A stretch of 64,000 nt of DNA, taken from the NCBI GenBank assembly GCA_963514005.1, contig OY740798.1, positions 33,046,001 to 33,110,000 on the forward strand. The letters are read 5' to 3'. The notes under the pieces are model-generated. The model did not search any database, was not told the origin of the DNA, and saw nothing but the letters and a program-made list of their open reading frames with translations. Source of the DNA: Raja brachyura. Lineage: Eukaryota. This document shows positions 38,631 through 50,063 of this stretch, in pieces. Made by a program: the position numbers and the translations under genes. Numbering within the stretch: position 1 is the first letter of the stretch; every line of letters starts with the position of its first letter.

Positions 38631-39960
38631 ATCACCAGGACTTGGTACCAAAATCATTGGTTTCCCTAAAGCTACAATAAATAATATTAATAACTTGGAC
38701 TAGGTATACACTAGTCATGAGGTAACTTGCTATCCATCCATTCGTTAGTTACCATTGTTCAAAAATGCTGGAAATTAATCTGTGGCAATTAATTATTTTT
38801 CTTATTTATTCCGATTTCCGGTTATTGATTTGGCAAGCAGAAGAAACATTTACCAAAACTCTGTAAACCTGCATGTATTAAAGATGTAAAATAGGTCCCA
38901 CCTTTATCGTCTAAACCCTGTTGGAGAAACCTTTACTTTCCAAGGATTTCTTCATAATGGTAAGCTATGCACTGTAGTTAAATTCTTACTATGAGAGGAT
39001 ATCCAAAGAAAACGTTTTATCAGTTTTATAATTCAAACCCATAGTCTTCTGTATTTAGTTTCCAAATCTGAGAATGACTCCAAAGCTGGAGGCATAGTAA
39101 ACGGTGAGGAGGCTTGTCACTGTTTTCAGGGAGAAATAGACAGGCTGGTGGAATAAATACAAGCATATAGAGCAAGGAGGTAATGATTGATGTTCAACAG
39201 TATAAACCTACTGATTGCTGTGGACATTAAGAGATAAATTCTCAACATATTCATGCAGCATCTCTTTGATGTGTTTACCTATTTGAAATAAATACGACAC
39301 TCCACATTATAATATTGCAAAGAATACCATCAACGTGCCAAACATTTGCTTGCTGTGAGTTATGTTTAGTCTTTCATCTCAGGACATTTTGTATTATTTA
39401 TTTAAATTTTTAGTTAATTTTTGTTATGCAGCGTGGGAACCAGGCCATTAGTGCACCGACTCAGCGCTGACCAGTGATCACTGGTACGCTAGCTCTATCT
39501 TATACACTAGGGGAAATTTACCTGGGATTTACGGGAACACCTCGAGGAATCCCACGTGGTCACGTGGAGAACATACAAACTCCACACAGACAGCACCTGG
39601 AGTCAGAATTGAACAGGGGTCTCTGGAGCTGTTATGCAGCAACTCTAATGCTGCACCACTGGGTTTTGGGTCGGGTTTTGTCAAATTCAGATGGTAGCTT
39701 TTTATGAAAGTAAAAGTTGGCATTGTCTCCAAATATTACATTCAGCAGGTTTTCCCTCCAGTCGATCCACCTCGGGCAATTTCAGATGAAATGTAAAGCT
39801 TTAACCCGAAAGTCACTTTCTCCAGTCAGTACTTCTATCACATGTTTGTGTGAGAAATACCATCACTTTGGAATAACACTACAAAATTGCCTAAAGATCA
39901 TTTATAGGATTTACAAAATGAGGAAAGATCATGGTCAATCTATCTTCCACAACATTTTAA

Positions 39961-40286
39961 GGGCAACACAGTGATGTAGCTGGTAGAGTCGCTGCCTCAC
40001 AGTGCCAAAGACACGGGTTTCGATCCTGACCTCGGGTGCTGACTGTGTGGAGTTTGCATGATCTCCCTGTGACCATGTTGGTTTCAGCCGGTTGCTCCGG
40101 TTTCCTCCCACAACCCAAAGAAGTGTGGGTTTGTAGGTTAATTGGCCTTTGTAAATTGCCCCTAGCATGTAAGGAGTCGATGTGAAAGTGGGAGAACATA
40201 GAACAAGTGTGAATGGGCGATGAACGGTCGGCATGGACTCGGTGGGCCGAATGGCCTGTTTCCATGCTGTGTTTCGAAAATTAAAC
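39961..40286 (+). mobile_element. Full-length HE1-type SINE
   Basis: tRNA-like head, central domain, tail. Confidence 0.85.
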
Positions 40287-40546
40287 TGGTGATTATTCAA
40301 CAAAATGATGGAGGTGTTGATGAATCATAGCAATCAATCAATCTCCATCAGTTGGTCAAAAAACAAACTGCTGGAGGAAGTCAACAGGTCAGACACCATC
40401 TACTGCGTCTCCGACTATTGGTCTTCAATGTATCCATATATAATCTGATGGGAGAACATTTATACTGGTTCTGCTCCCTTGCTGGATTGTAGAATGTAAC
40501 ACTATCACCTTGTTTCATTTTCATTTTTGTTTGATGCTTTTTACAG

Positions 40547-40614
40547 GGTTTCTCTGACGTTAAGTACAGGGAGCGACGGAAGCAGATTGCAGAAGTTGCT
40601 TTAAACTATATATA
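40547..40614 (+). CDS. th: TH exon 5 (GFSDVKYRERRKQIAEVALNYIY)
   Basis: TTACAG acceptor, GTAAGT donor, 68 nt; GFSD..YR.RR motif. Confidence 0.94.
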
Positions 40615-40794
40615 GTAAGTTATATGCTCACTCCAAATCTCTGTGATACCACTTTCATTGGCTCAATGGTGCTTTTATCGTCGCATGTGCAAAGTGTTAA
40701 CACAGTGAAATTATTTTTACTTTGTTCTAATTTACGCCGTCTCTCTTGCTTAATCGTCTTAATTAAAAATATTAATTCCTCCTTGTTTCTGCAG

Positions 40795-40845
40795 TGGCAA
40801 TCCAATCCCCAGAATAGAATACACCGCAGAGGAAATTGCAACTTG
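40795..40845 (+). CDS. th: TH exon 6 (GNPIPRIEYTAEEIATW)
   Basis: TGCAG acceptor, GTTAG donor, 51 nt; phase matches neighbouring exons. Confidence 0.94.
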
Positions 40846-42496
40846 GTTAGTCTACTGTATATTCCACTAAGTCTGCTCTCGTGTAAAATTGTTCTCGTCA
40901 ATTAAATGTGTGGTATGATTATGATATATGGTGGTCTTCGGAAACATAGTGCCATTTGTTTTAATTAACACTCACACATCCCAAATTTCCTTTTCTGACA
41001 TCCACCATTTTAAGTGTAACAATGTTTTCCTTTTTCCCTTATTCCTCGTGAATTTCACATTGATGGACAAAGCATAACCATGTTAGAGCTATGTGGATAC
41101 ATTCCAACATTCCTTACAGGCAACAAATACTTCCACTCCTTATATATAATCTAAGCTGGTGAGAGAGTGAACTGAATGCCTTCTGGAGATAACGTAATAC
41201 AAGATGCAATTTAATGCATAGTATCCATGTTGCTTTAGTATCAAATTGTGGCAAATTGTTGCATATTAACACCTTACATTAAGTTATCTCCAGAATAATT
41301 TTTGTCCACCTTCTAACCAGTTTAGATTATGTATAAGAACTGGAAGGATTTTTTGTTACTAAGGAATTTTGAATGTATGCACCTTGCTCTGACATATCTT
41401 TGCAAAACTGTGCTTTGTCAGTCAAGCTGAGGTATATGAGGTGGTTTCCAATTTCAAGTAACCAGGTCAGTTAAGGGCAGCACAATGGTGCCGCGGTAAA
41501 GTTGTTGTCTTACTGCGCCAGTTCTATCCTGACTCCATGTGCCGTCTGCATGGAGTTTGTACGTTCTCCCTGTGATCATCTTGGTTTTCTCCAGGTGCTC
41601 CGGTGAACATGTGAGAACAACCGCACCATAAACTCAACAAAGTAGCCTTTACATTTTATCTTCCACTGATGACTCACAATAGGTCTCCAGCTTTTACTGA
41701 CACCATCTATCTACTGCCTCAATGCCAACATTCAAAGATGCAATGGAACTTGAGATATGTATTTATCTGTAAAGACTGGATTTTTTCCATATTGAACGGT
41801 GATAAGGAAGAGCACCGTTGATCATAAGTCAAAGAATTGATCATAAAGCCAAAGAATCATACAGCACATCTTATGGTGTCATGAACTTCCAGTTCAACTC
41901 TACATTCCAGGGACAACACACTCTATTTATACCTAGAGGAACAAGGAATCACAGTTGCTGGCATTTTGCATAGAACATAAAATGCTGGAATAACTTGGAG
42001 GATCAGGCAGCATCTCAGTCATAGAGTCCTGGAGTCATACAGTGTGGAAATGGGCCCTTTGGCCCAACTTACCCATGCCAACCAAATGCCACGTCTACAC
42101 TAGTCCCACCTACTCGTGCTTGGCCCATATCCCTTTAAAGATGTTCCTGTCCAAATGTCTCCAAATGCAGGTACCTGCCTCAACTATCTCTTCCAGCAGC
42201 TTGTTCCATATACTGTCCACCCTTTGCGTAAAAAGGTTACCCCTCGGATTTCTTTTAAATCTTTCCCCCCTCTCACCTTAAAAACGATGTCCTCCGGTTC
42301 CCTGGAGGATATGGATAGGTGGTTCTGGTCGAGACTGTTATTGTTATCTTTATTAAATTAGTAGCTTTTTAAGACGAAGCAGAAACAAAAAGTAGCTTGT
42401 CAGACAATCATACAGCAAAGGAATTTGGAATGGCCTGGTGCCTGCTGTGTTAACTGCATGCACTGTTGACCTTGTTGCCGTGTTGCTGTCCAACAG

Positions 42497-42642
42497 GAGA
42501 GAAGTGTACACAAACCTGAAGACTCTGTATCCAACACATGCTTGTTCAGAACATCTAGAGGCTTTCAGGCTACTGGAGAAGCAATGCTGCTACACTGAGG
42601 ACAATATCCCTCAACTTGAGGACGTTTCCTGCTTCTTGAAAG
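42497..42642 (+). CDS. th: TH exon 7 ([23 protein letters not shown]...[13 protein letters not shown])
   Basis: CAG acceptor, GTTAG donor, 146 nt; THAC and IPQLEDVS motifs. Confidence 0.96.
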
Positions 42643-42697
42643 GTTAGCACTGGTTTAAAACATTAACAGTTAGTTGAAAGGACTTAATATTTGAAGC

Positions 42698-42943
42698 ATT
42701 TTTTTTAACCAATAATAATTTTAATTAACCATTTACAAAATACACAGAAAAATACAAACAAACCCACCACCAAAATACAAAATAAACAAATATTAAATAT
42801 TAAATAACTATTTCCCCATCCTTATTGAGGATACATTCCACCCCCCGCGGTGCCCAGTGGTCCCGGACATCCCCCCAAGGCACCCGTGAACAGCACGTAG
42901 TCCCTTTCTATTACCACCCGGGCGCGGACGTAACCCCATAAAC
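42698..42943 (-). mobile_element. 5'-truncated Tx1-like LINE 3' end with A-tail and 11-bp target-site duplication
   Basis: GYVRARVVIERD C-terminal motif; ATATTTGAAGC at 42687-42697 and 42944-42954. Confidence 0.8.
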
Positions 42944-43544
42944 ATATTTGAAGCGTGGCGGTGAACGCAACAACAACCTTTACTTGTACAGAAACTTCAG
43001 TGCAGTAAAACATCCCAAAGCAGTTTGCAGGAGAATTGCCAAAAAAAGACTGACAAGGGGAGCCAAGGAGCAGAGGCTTTGGTCAAAAGGTTTTTTTTTT
43101 AATGCCAGCTCATAGAGTCATAGAGTAAAACAGCGTTGAAACAGACCTGAGGCCCAACTTGCCCAAACTGACCAACATGCCCCATCAACACTTGGCACAC
43201 GTCCCTCCAGACCTGTCCTATCCATGTACCTGTCTACCGGTAAGTGTTTTTAATCGTTGCAATAGTACTTGCCTCATCTACCTCCTCCAGCAGCTCGTTC
43301 CATGCACTCACCACCCTTAGTGCGAAAAAGTTACCCCTCATGTTCCTATCAAACCTTTCCCCCCTCACCTTAAACCTATGTATTCTGGTTCTCGATTCCC
43401 CTACTTTGGACAAGAGACTCTATGCGTCTACCCGATCTATTCCCCTCATGATTTGGTCTTAAAAGATTAGGAAAAATGACAAGATTAAAGAAAATAAATG
43501 CTGTTTAATGCATGGACAGCTGAAAGCAGGGCCAACAAAGGGGA

Positions 43545-43639
43545 GGTAGACAAAAGTGCTAGAGAAACTCAGCGGGTGCAGCAGCATCTATGGAGCGAAG
43601 GAAATAGGCAACGTTTCGGGCCGAAACCCTTCTTCAGAT
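43545..43639 (-). mobile_element. Short hammerhead-core unit flanked by a target-site duplication, intact core
   Basis: AAAGGGGA at 43537-43544 and 43640-43647; minus-strand core CTGAAGA A GGGT TTCG GCCC GAAAC GTT at 43610-43637. Confidence 0.78.
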
Positions 43640-44178
43640 AAAGGGGAAACAGGGCATGATAATTATGGTTAATTAATTGTTCGAAAAATCAATCAGGATG
43701 GCACAGCGCCAAAGAACCGGGTTCAATCCTCACCACGGGTGTTGTCACAAAGGTGTTTGTACATTCTCCCTGTGACCACATATGCTTTCTCCGGGTGCTC
43801 CGGTTTCCTCCAACATTCCAAATAACATGCAGATTCGTGGGTTAATTGACTTCTGCAAATTGCCCCTAGTGTGGAGGATAGAACTAGTGATGATTACGGC
43901 CGGTGTGGACTCAGTGGGCCAGAGGGTCTGTTCCTACACTAGCTCTCATCTAAACTAACAAAATGTTTATTTAATGCTTCAATCAGTAGTCATTATCCCA
44001 TCTGGTTGACTTAAAGGAACATATCAATACAACTCATAAGTCCATGCAGCAAGAATATTAACTTTTCTGAGTCAGATTGCACATAACAACTACTAGAAGA
44101 CTAGAAATGACACACATTTGATGCATTGTTACTTAAAGTTATCCTTCTTGAGTTATATCACCGGACGCACTTCACGGC

Positions 44179-44195
44179 AGGTCACTCCGAGGTCA
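44179..44195 (+). promoter_or_regulatory. Candidate DR5 nuclear-receptor (retinoic acid) response element in TH intron 7
   Basis: AGGTCA-CTCCG-AGGTCA in sequence not recognisably repeat-derived; motif evidence only. Confidence 0.45.
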
Positions 44196-45238
44196 GTCAT
44201 GTTGGACATAGTTACTGACACATGTTCCCAGGCTGTTACTGGAGGACAGAGATGTGGATTGTTCGCTCCCCGTGAGTTAAAAGGAACCAATAAAAGGTTT
44301 TAAAAGCTCCTTTCATTTGCACATCAACACTGGCCAGGAACACATGCTGCGCACTGGCACCTTTAATGATCACAGCCAAACTGATGCTGGAGCTTCTAAC
44401 ATAGGTCCAGGGATAGATCTGTTTGGTTTCTGACTCTTAACTGTTGGTCTATAGAGTCTTGGTGTTATTGTAGTGAGTAGGCTGTGTGAAGGTCATCAGG
44501 GGGTTATCATAGTTACTGGTGGCAAAAGCGGTTCACATCCACTAAGAGACGCTGAGAACACTGTCTGTACTCAGATACTTAATATTTGGGACTTGGGCCT
44601 CTTATCATGCAGACAAGTCTTTACAAATGGGCAGCTTCAGGAAGCTCACAGCAGGAAATCTGTTAAAGATTGGAGCTCTGTAGATAAGTGTGAGAGAGTG
44701 GCTGGAGGTGGGGGGGGGGGGGGGGGTGAGTTTGGAGGTCAAGGGGTATGAGTTAAGTTGACCATTTAGCAGGGATTATGGCAGTGGTGGTGATTGTGTT
44801 GCGGGGAGCTGGGGAATATCATGTGTTGGATGTGGAACTGGGTTGATATCTCCGACCATTGGCAGCCCCTTGTAATAAAGAAGGCGGCACAGTGGTGCAG
44901 CAGTAGAGTTGCAGCCTCGTAGCAACAGAGACCCGGGTTCGACCCTGACTACGGGTGCTGTCTGTATGGAGTTTGTGCTTGGTGGGCTGAAGGGCCTGTT
45001 TCCACACTCTTCCGCTCGTGTGTCAGCCGACACATAGCTGGCTGTTGGCTTCCGTTGTCATCCAACATGTTGACAGAATTGGTCGCCCGACGCCTCACTG
45101 AATGCATTATGTCATTGTTTTCGGGGATTGCCACGAGGAGGCTTCTGTCGTGATTCCCGTTTCCACACTGTATCTCTAAAACCAGAATGTAAAACTAAAG
45201 CTAAAGCATAACATGTGCTCCATGTTTGTTTGTACCAG

Positions 45239-45374
45239 AACACTCGGGGTTTCAGCTGTGGCCCGTGGCTGGCCTTCTCTCCGCCCGAGACTTCTTAGCA
45301 AGCCTTGCGTTCCGAATCTTCCAGTGCACGCAATACGTCAGGCACGCCTCCTCGCCAATGCATACTCCTGAGCC
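45239..45374 (+). CDS. th: TH exon 8 ([46 protein letters not shown])
   Basis: CAG acceptor, GTAAGT donor, 136 nt; pterin/substrate-binding region. Confidence 0.96.
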
Positions 45375-45547
45375 GTAAGTCGAAGCAATAGACTGAACAT
45401 AGCTATCGTGTTCTGCAGTTAGATTGCTGATAACTTGTATGGGAAATGAGCAGCCAGCCTGTGCGTTCCTGCTAATGTAGCTAGGGAGCCTTTTGCTTCC
45501 TTTATGGATCAAGACAGATAGTCTGTGGGCTTGTGATTTCTTCACTA

Positions 45548-45873
45548 AGGGCCTTTCCCACTGTACGAGGTAATTCAAGAGTTCTCCCGAGTTTTCCCCT
45601 GATTCGAACTAGGAGAATTTCCGTAGGAATTCGTGGATGTCTCGTGGTGGTACTCAGGAAATCCAGTAAACTCGTGACGTTTTTTCGACACTGTGAAAAA
45701 TATCCATGAGTAAAAAAATACTTGTGATAAAAAGAATTGTCACTTTTTACTCGTATGAGCCGCTACGAGACATCCACAAACTCCTACGGACCCGCTACGG
45801 ACATTCTCTGAGTTCGAATCAGGGGAAAACTCGGGAGAACTCTTGAATTACCTCGTACAGTGGGACAGGCCCT
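45548..45873. mobile_element. PIF/Harbinger-like MITE (long palindrome)
   Basis: About 60 bp of near-perfect terminal inverted repeat (AGGGCCT.TCCCACTGTACGAGG...) that continues imperfectly inward; flanks CTA/TTA resemble a TWA duplication. Confidence 0.8.
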
Positions 45874-46023
45874 TTAGACCTGGATTTCTGCATCACTCTT
45901 GGGTGAGGTGGTCTGATTGGATTTCTTTTGTCGTACACGGTCTAGAATGGTTACGTTAATGTCAAGTTGGGGCAAAACTTATGTAACTGTAAAATGTTAA
46001 CACATTTTCTGCGGCAGCACTTT

Positions 46024-46318
46024 GGCACAGTGGTAGAGTTGCTGCCTTACAGTGCTTGCAGGGCCAGGGACCCAGGCTCGATCCTGACTACAGGTGCTGT
46101 CTGTACGGGGTTTGTACATTCTCGCCGTGACCACCCGGGTTTTCTCTGATATCTTCGGTTCCCTCTCACACTCCAAAGATGTACAGGTTTGTAGGTTAAT
46201 TGGCATGGTATAAATGCAAATTGTCCCTAGTGTGTGTTAGTGTGTAGGGATCGCAGGTCAGAGCGGACTCGGTGGGCCGAAGGGCCTGTTTCTGCGCTGT
46301 ATCTCTAAACTTAAACAT
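46024..46318 (+). mobile_element. Full-length HE1-type SINE
   Basis: GGCACAGTGGTAGAGTTGCTGCCTTACAG head, central domain, tail. Confidence 0.85.
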
Positions 46319-47519
46319 TACTTATACACCTCAGAATTGTTGCATTTCACTGAAAAGCAGAGACAGGTCCAGCACCGATTCTCCGGCAACCTTGATACCA
46401 GAGCCTTGCGGATGATCCATTTTGTTGGACCAATAGATGTCGTCCCCCCCCCCCCCCCCCGAGTCTTTAAAGCACCATGGAATGGTAGAAACTTAAATAA
46501 TGCAAATATTAAATGTTAATTACATTTACAGCAAAACCTGTATTTCTAGCATGGGCAGCCAGGGTGCCAGTTAATCAGTTGCCCTCGGAAGTTCAGATGA
46601 GTGAATCTGGCAGGATTACAATCATTTGTGAGATCGGCTCATTATCAGCTATTCACAGAACATTAACAGACCTTTGCCTTTAAATGAGCTATCACGTGGC
46701 TGTGGCTGCACGATCCCAACACGTTCAGACAAGTTCCAACCATGTTGAGGCAATGGGGAAGTTGTGAAGGCAAGACGTTGTTTAAAAGTGTCCAGAGGCC
46801 TCCCAATCGCTTCTATCAGTTGCCTACTTCTCTGTTTTGGCATCCATTATTGATCACTGTTGACTTTACAGTCATTTGCTGATAGAATTGTTTCTCTTAC
46901 ACTATTCTTTCAACCTCTTCTGGTTACTCCACCCATTACGGTCAGCTAAGTAGGCCTCAAAAATATCTCTATCCTCACTGAGACAGACTCCATCCTCACT
47001 GGGCTGTGCCCAACATTTGAGCTCTTAGTAAGTTTACTTTAGTTAGTTATTACCACGTGTACCATTGTACAGTGAAAAGCTTTGTTGTTTTGTGCTCTGC
47101 ACTCGGAGGAAAGACTATACATGACTACAATCAAGCCGCCCACAGTGTACAGATACAGGATGTCAACGTTTAGTGCAAGATAAAGTCCAGTGAAGTCCGA
47201 AGGTCTCCATTGAGGTAGTTGGTGGGTCACAACCACTCTCTAGTTGGTGGTGGGATGGTTCAGTTGCTCGATAACAGCTGGGAAGAAACTATCCCTAAAT
47301 CTGGAGGTGTGCGTTTTCACACTTCTGCATCTCTTGCCCAATGGGAGAGGGGAGAAGAGGGAATGTCTGCGCTGAGGCACATCCTAGAGAAAAGGCTGAA
47401 GCATTCACAACCATGTTCGGCTAGAGGTGCTAAGATATGATCCATCTGTTTCCTCCTAAGTCCCCACACCGTCACAGAGGCCAGTCAATAGCCAATCGGA
47501 TTTATTCTACGAGATCTCA

Positions 47520-47875
47520 TGAAGTGGCTGAGAGTACTGGATCTAGTAAAAAATAGATAAAGTGGATGTGGAAAAGATGTTTCCAGTAGTGTCTTGAACC
47601 AAATGGCAAAGCTGCAGAATACTTTCAGAATGGAGATGCAGAGGAATTTCTTTAGTCAGAGGGTGGTGAATCTGTGGAATTCATTGCCACAGAGGGCTGT
47701 GGAGGGCAGGTCATTGGGTAATATTTAAAGCAGAGATTGATAGAATTTTGATTAGTAAGGGTGTCAAAGGTTATGAGGAGAAGGCAAGTTGAGAGGAAAA
47801 AAATGGTCAATCATGTTTGAATGGCGGGACAGGTTTGATGGGCTGAATGGCCTAATTCTGCTCTTATGGTCTTAC
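47520..47875 (+). mobile_element. CR1 3' fragment, decayed
   Basis: FFSQRVVNLWNSLPQRAVE motif. Confidence 0.75.
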
Positions 47876-50035
47876 AATGGAATCAGGCTACATCCCAGCT
47901 GCAGTAGTGAAGACCTGTGCTCCAGAACGAGCTGTGCCTCGAGCCAAACCATTTAATTGTAGTTACAATGCTGGCATCTACCCAACTTTGTGGGAATTTG
48001 CCCAAGTACTTCCAGTTCACATAAAAGCAAGACAGATCCAATCTGGCTACTAGCTGCTCCATCAGTCTTCCATCAATCATTAATAAGGTAACGGAGGCTG
48101 TCGTTAACAGTACCGCCAAGCTGCACTTATCAGTAACTACTTACCGATGGCCATTTGTCAGGTCCACTCAGCTCCAGCCCTCATCACAGCCTTGGTCCAA
48201 GTTCACCAAAGAGCCAAATTTCAGAAGTGATTGGACAGTGACTACCTTTGACATCAGGGTAACGTGTGACATTGTGTCACAGTCACAGAGTGCTGGTAAA
48301 TGCATCACCGGGAAAATGCTTCAGTGGTTGATATCATCCCTCATGCAAAGGAAGGCGGTTGTGTTTATCAGAGATCAAGTATCTTAGTCCCAGAATTTTA
48401 CATCTAGAGTTTTCCAAGAGCTATGGCCCAGGCTCAAACATCTTCAGATCTTTCATTCGTGTTCATGATGAAGCTGAAAAGGAACTGTGGTATTCATAGA
48501 TACGGAAGGAGGAATGGATTAATTTGAACCTATCCAGTGAAAACATGGGCTGGGAGAACGGTAGCAGATCAGCTTTCCCACACCAATGTGGCAATAAGCA
48601 GGAGAGAACTGAACGAGCTTAGGTGGTTGGTGAGTTACAGTATGTGCCAGTTTTGATCAAAGATGCGGAGACTGATAAGGGCACATCATCAAATTAGGTA
48701 AGACAATAAAGCATTGAGGTCGACAGTCTCAGACAAACAGTCTATGCATTGTATGTTGTGTTTAATATTCTTTAGGTTTGCAGGGCTTGATCTTTGAAGG
48801 TCATGAAGTGAAGGACCTAAAGGCAAACTGAAAATTCAAGGCTGGATTATTAATATTGCGATCTGAGGCAGCCACTTGACAGACACCATTCCTGCCTTAT
48901 ACTGATAATTGGCTTTGACAATCTGAGCGTTGCTTATCTACTTTACCAGGGCTGGGTGCAGGTATCCTGTCAGTCTGAATGGCGATAAAGGTCATGGTTT
49001 CTTGAACTTACTTCACATTTTTTTCTGTCTGATTCTTCCTTCATTATAAAAAGCAGTTTGATCTACTGACAAAGCAAATAGGAAATTCTCTTATACTTGC
49101 CTCGATCATCTGTTCTGGAAGCTGAATTAACTTGATAATATCAGCAAGTGAGGATCACAACTGTGCATTCAGGAATAAATATATTGATGCCGCCTACGAT
49201 TTTTAGAAAGCACGTTGATCATATATCGACAAAGAGATTTCTGACGTTGTCTTTTGTGAGTTAAGCAAATGACTCATTGAGATCTCCAAAGAAGGCAATC
49301 TCATTGGGTATCTGGAGTAGAATTCATTCCAGTACATGATAGCAGAATTTTATTGGAACTTGAGGGAAATGCTTGCTATTAATCATCATCGTTATAAGAT
49401 AACACTAAACACACTGAATCTGTTTTAGCAGTAGGTGTAGGTTTGCACAGCTGTGGCTCAAAATAACACTAGATGGCTTCTGATAACTCTGAACAATGCA
49501 GTAGTCACCATTGAGGGAATGGTGATCAAGATTCACTTTAGAAATTTAAACTTGGAACTCAGGGCTGATACATAACCCACTGCCGAGGAACTTGTGGCAC
49601 TATTTGGGATAAGTTATAGGAGCAGAATTAGGCCATCCGGCTCATCCAGACTAATCCGCCATTCAATCATGGCTGACCTATCGTCTCCTCTCAACCCCAG
49701 TCTCCTGCCTTCTCCCTATAACCGTTAACACCTAAACAAATCTATCAATCTCCACCTTAAAAATATAAATTGACGGCCTCCACAGCCTTCAGTGGCAATG
49801 AATTTCACAGATTCACCACTCTCTGACTAAAGGGATTCCTCCCCATCTCCTTTCTAAAGTAAGTAAGTAAGTTTTAAAGAAGGCACTGCAGATGCTGGAA
49901 AATCGAGGGTACACTAAATGCTGGAGAAACTCAGCGGGTGCAGCAGCATCTATGGAGTGAAGGAGATAGATGGCCACAACCTAGAGCTCAATGTTCTTAA
50001 GACAGTGGAAATTATTGTAGACAGGAGATAGCAGT

Positions 50036-50063
50036 CTGAAGAAGGGTTTCGGCCCGAAACGTT
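50036..50063 (+). ncRNA. Minimal hammerhead ribozyme-like core, sense to the TH pre-mRNA (intron 8)
   Basis: CUGAAGA A GGGU-UUCG-GCCC GAAAC GUU; stem II capped by a UUCG tetraloop. Confidence 0.6.

Noticed and set aside
46352-46600. Possible Tc1/mariner remnant
   Set aside because: No pair of terminal inverted repeats or TA duplication could be established.
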